Assembly: GCA_963681965.1 (NCBI GenBank)
Contig: OY820579.1
Span: 3,200,001 to 3,264,000 of the forward strand
DNA from: a bacterium
Lineage (GTDB): Bacteria > Electryoneota > JAOADG01
Direction of reading: 5' to 3'
Length of the DNA: 64,000 bases
Each line of letters starts with the position of its first letter. Positions within the stretch are counted from its first letter, which is position 1. The position numbers and the translations under genes are program-made. Below the pieces are notes generated by a model. It saw only the letters and a program-made list of their open reading frames with translations, was not told the origin of the DNA and ran no database searches. Of this stretch, positions 61,543 to 64,000 are shown one piece after another.

Positions 61543-62502
61543 TTATCGCGAGATCACGGTACCGACTTTTCCTTCTACCGCTTCAACCAGTTTATCGTGA
61601 GATGTAATAATCACCCGTTCGCCGCCCCACTCCAGAAAATCCAAGGCAGCGCCGATTTTCGGTCCCATCGAACCTTTCGGGAAAATACCGGTTGCGAATA
61701 CCGCTTTCATCTCATCGAACTGAATTGTTTCGATCTTCCGTTGAGTCGGCTGTTCGTAATCCAGATAGACATAATCGACACCGGTCAAAATGAACAGGTC
61801 GTGTGCGCCGATATCGCGACCCAAAACTGCCGAGGCGCGATCTTTATCGATCACCGCATCGACCCCTTCGAGCCTGCCGTCGGGTTCGCGATACACCGGA
61901 ATACCACCACCACCGACCGAGATACAAATGATGCCATCATGCACCAATTGCTGAATCACGGCTTTGTTGATGATCTCTTTCGGGATCGGAGAACCGACAA
62001 CCCGTCGCCACTTGCCATGCTCGACTTTCTTAACATGCCAGCCTGCCGTATCGCGGCGTTTGATCGCTTCGGCTTCTTCGAAAAACTGTCCGATCGGCTT
62101 CGTCGGATCGATCAGTGCCGGGTCGTTCCGATCGACCAAAACCTGCGAGACGATCGTTACAACTTGACGATCCAGACCAGCCAATAACAAGCTGTTCTGT
62201 AACGTCTGTTCCAGCATGTATCCGATCCCGCCTTCGGTATCGGCGACAATCACTCCGAGTGGCAGTTCCGGTGCTTCACCTACGGTTCGTTCCACCCGAA
62301 GCAGAGCATTGCCGACCTGCGGGCCATTACCGTGAGTGACTGCAACGTTGTAACCACGACGAATCAGTTCGACAATGCCGCGAAGTGACTCGCGGCTATT
62401 GCGAAATTGATTGGTGATCGTGTCGACTTCACCGGGAGGTGAAATCGCGTTGCCACCCAGCGCTACAACCGCGATGCGATTGTTAGTGCCCCCGGTACTC
62501 AC
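61543..62502 (-). CDS. arcC: Carbamate kinase
   Basis: ALGGNA, HGNGPQVG, PTKPIG, WRRVVGSP, AVIDKD, GSMGPK. Confidence 0.97.
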   Translation of the reverse strand: MSTGGTNNRIAVVALGGNAISPPGEVDTITNQFRNSRESLRGIVELIRRGYNVAVTHGNGPQVGNALLRVERTVGEAPELPLGVIVADTEGGIGYMLEQTLQNSLLLAGLDRQVVTIVSQVLVDRNDPALIDPTKPIGQFFEEAEAIKRRDTAGWHVKKVEHGKWRRVVGSPIPKEIINKAVIQQLVHDGIICISVGGGGIPVYREPDGRLEGVDAVIDKDRASAVLGRDIGAHDLFILTGVDYVYLDYEQPTQRKIETIQFDEMKAVFATGIFPKGSMGPKIGAALDFLEWGGERVIITSHDKLVEAVEGKVGTVISR

Positions 62503-63833
62503 TTACCCGCCTTCTTGAAAATCGGTGCCAACACATCGTTAATGGTCGGATAACCGATTTCCTGTAAATCGTAATTCACGCGAACCGACGGTTGTTTGAT
62601 CGGCATTAACCGTCGGAGATCGATCGGCGTGGCAATGATCACGACATCGCACGGAGTATTCGCGATGGTCTGTTTCAAATCTTCCATCTGCTGTCCGCCG
62701 TAACCCATTGCCGGCAACAACGTACCGATACCGGGATACTTCTCGAACGTCTGGATCAGCGTACCGACTAGATACGGACGCGGATCGACCAATTCGGCTG
62801 CGCCGAATTTCTGTGCGGCAACGATACCGGCACCGTAAGTCATTTCACCGTGCGTCAATGTCGGACCGTCTTCGACAACCAAAACGCGCTTGCCGCGAAT
62901 GATTTCGTGATTTTCCACCGAAATCGGCGAAGCGCCATCGATCACGATCGCATTCGGATTTACTTCGGCGACACTGGCACGAACCATTTCAATGTTTTCG
63001 CCATCAGCCGTATCGATCTTGTTGATCACCACAACATCTGCCGAGCGAGTATTCGTTTCACCGGGATGATACGATACTTCGTGACCCGGACGATGCGGAT
63101 CGGCGACAGTGATTAACAAATCGGGAGCGTAGAACGACATATCGTTGTTGCCACCGTCCCAGATAATCACATCGGCTTCTTTTTCCGCTTCGCGCAAAAT
63201 CGCTTCGTAATCCACACCTGCGTAAATAATGCTGTTCATCGCGATGTGCGGTTCGTATTCTTCCATCTCTTCGATCGTGCATTCGTGGAATTTCAGATCT
63301 TCGATCGATGCAAAGCGCTGGACTTTCTGCTTCACCAAATCGCCGTATGGCATCGGGTGGCGAATCGAGACGACTTTGAGGCCCTTCGCTTTCAATGCTT
63401 TCACCACAGCACGGGTAGTCTGCGATTTACCGGCACCGGTACGGACGGCACAGATCGCGACGACCGGCTTGGTCGATTTGATCATCGTCTGTTTGCCGCC
63501 GAGCAACATGAAATTCGCGCCAGCCGCAAGTACGGTCGATGCTTTGTGCATCAGATACTCGTGATTGACATCGCTGTAAGCAAACACGACTTCGTCGACA
63601 TTCAATTTCTTGATCAGCTCGACCAATTCACTTTCGGGATGAATCGGGATACCGTTGGGATAGAGATCCTTGCCGGCTAATTCTGCCGGATACTTGCGAC
63701 CGTCGATATTCGGGATCTGAGTCGCCGTAAAGGCAACGACTTCAACCGTCGGATCGTTACGATACACTGTATTGAAATTGTGGAAGTCTCTTCCGGCTGC
63801 ACCCATTATCAACACACGCTTCTTGCTTGGCAT
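62499..63833 (-). CDS. arcE: Arginine synthetase ArcE (cDPG-synthetase-like P-loop protein)
   Basis: GAAGRDFHNFN, FTATQIP, RTGAGKSQ, RHPMPYG, TIEEMEEYEPH, DGGNND, EDGPT; coupled to arcC; SD AGGAGG. Confidence 0.8.
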   Translation of the reverse strand: MPSKKRVLIMGAAGRDFHNFNTVYRNDPTVEVVAFTATQIPNIDGRKYPAELAGKDLYPNGIPIHPESELVELIKKLNVDEVVFAYSDVNHEYLMHKASTVLAAGANFMLLGGKQTMIKSTKPVVAICAVRTGAGKSQTTRAVVKALKAKGLKVVSIRHPMPYGDLVKQKVQRFASIEDLKFHECTIEEMEEYEPHIAMNSIIYAGVDYEAILREAEKEADVIIWDGGNNDMSFYAPDLLITVADPHRPGHEVSYHPGETNTRSADVVVINKIDTADGENIEMVRASVAEVNPNAIVIDGASPISVENHEIIRGKRVLVVEDGPTLTHGEMTYGAGIVAAQKFGAAELVDPRPYLVGTLIQTFEKYPGIGTLLPAMGYGGQQMEDLKQTIANTPCDVVIIATPIDLRRLMPIKQPSVRVNYDLQEIGYPTINDVLAPIFKKAGK

Positions 63834-64000
63834 TCATCCTCCTTACTCAACTGCCAATCTTGAGTTCATTCAAAATAGATTTTTGGCTATCGCCAAGTGA
63901 ATTCACTTTTCAGACCTGACGGTCGATCTTGCAAAACTTTTTTTTATCGGACAACCACAATCGATTGTCGTAATAGCTGACGCTCGTCGCTGGATACTTC

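Overview
Bacterial chromosomal window made up mostly of housekeeping operons. Shine-Dalgarno sites, sigma70-type promoters and a T9SS/Por-type C-terminal domain suggest an FCB-superphylum lineage outside Bacteroidota; this placement is inference. The core content is: a ubiA plus fused dprE1-dprE2 polyprenyl-P-arabinose-type operon, tRNA-Asp, argF, recO, the rimP-nusA-infB-rbfA-truB-ribF-rpsO-pnp-M16-dut operon, purM-gpsA-asnS-acyP, a 1.7k-aa C25/gingipain-like secreted protein, priA, der, tRNA-Gly, lepAB, pyrR-pyrB-pyrC with an intact PyrR attenuator, sucCD-korDABC-ndk-hbd, and arcE-arcC (arginine synthetase route). Two accessory regions stand out. (1) About 23.3-28.3 kb, next to tRNA-Arg(CCT): a His/Cys-repeat-ankyrin-TPR gene flanked by a direct repeat, an orphan promoter with a candidate sRNA, a truncated gene, two duplicated HExxH lipoproteins and a decayed tRNA copy. 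(2) About 56.7-61.4 kb, AT-rich: a lipoprotein with a glycine-zipper C-terminus, split by an IS5 whose removal restores a 330-aa frame, followed by three small membrane proteins, an IS1595 and a solo IS end. Region 2 is the best candidate for an undescribed toxin / poly-immunity system. All calls come from reading the sequence and recognising motifs; no searches were run.
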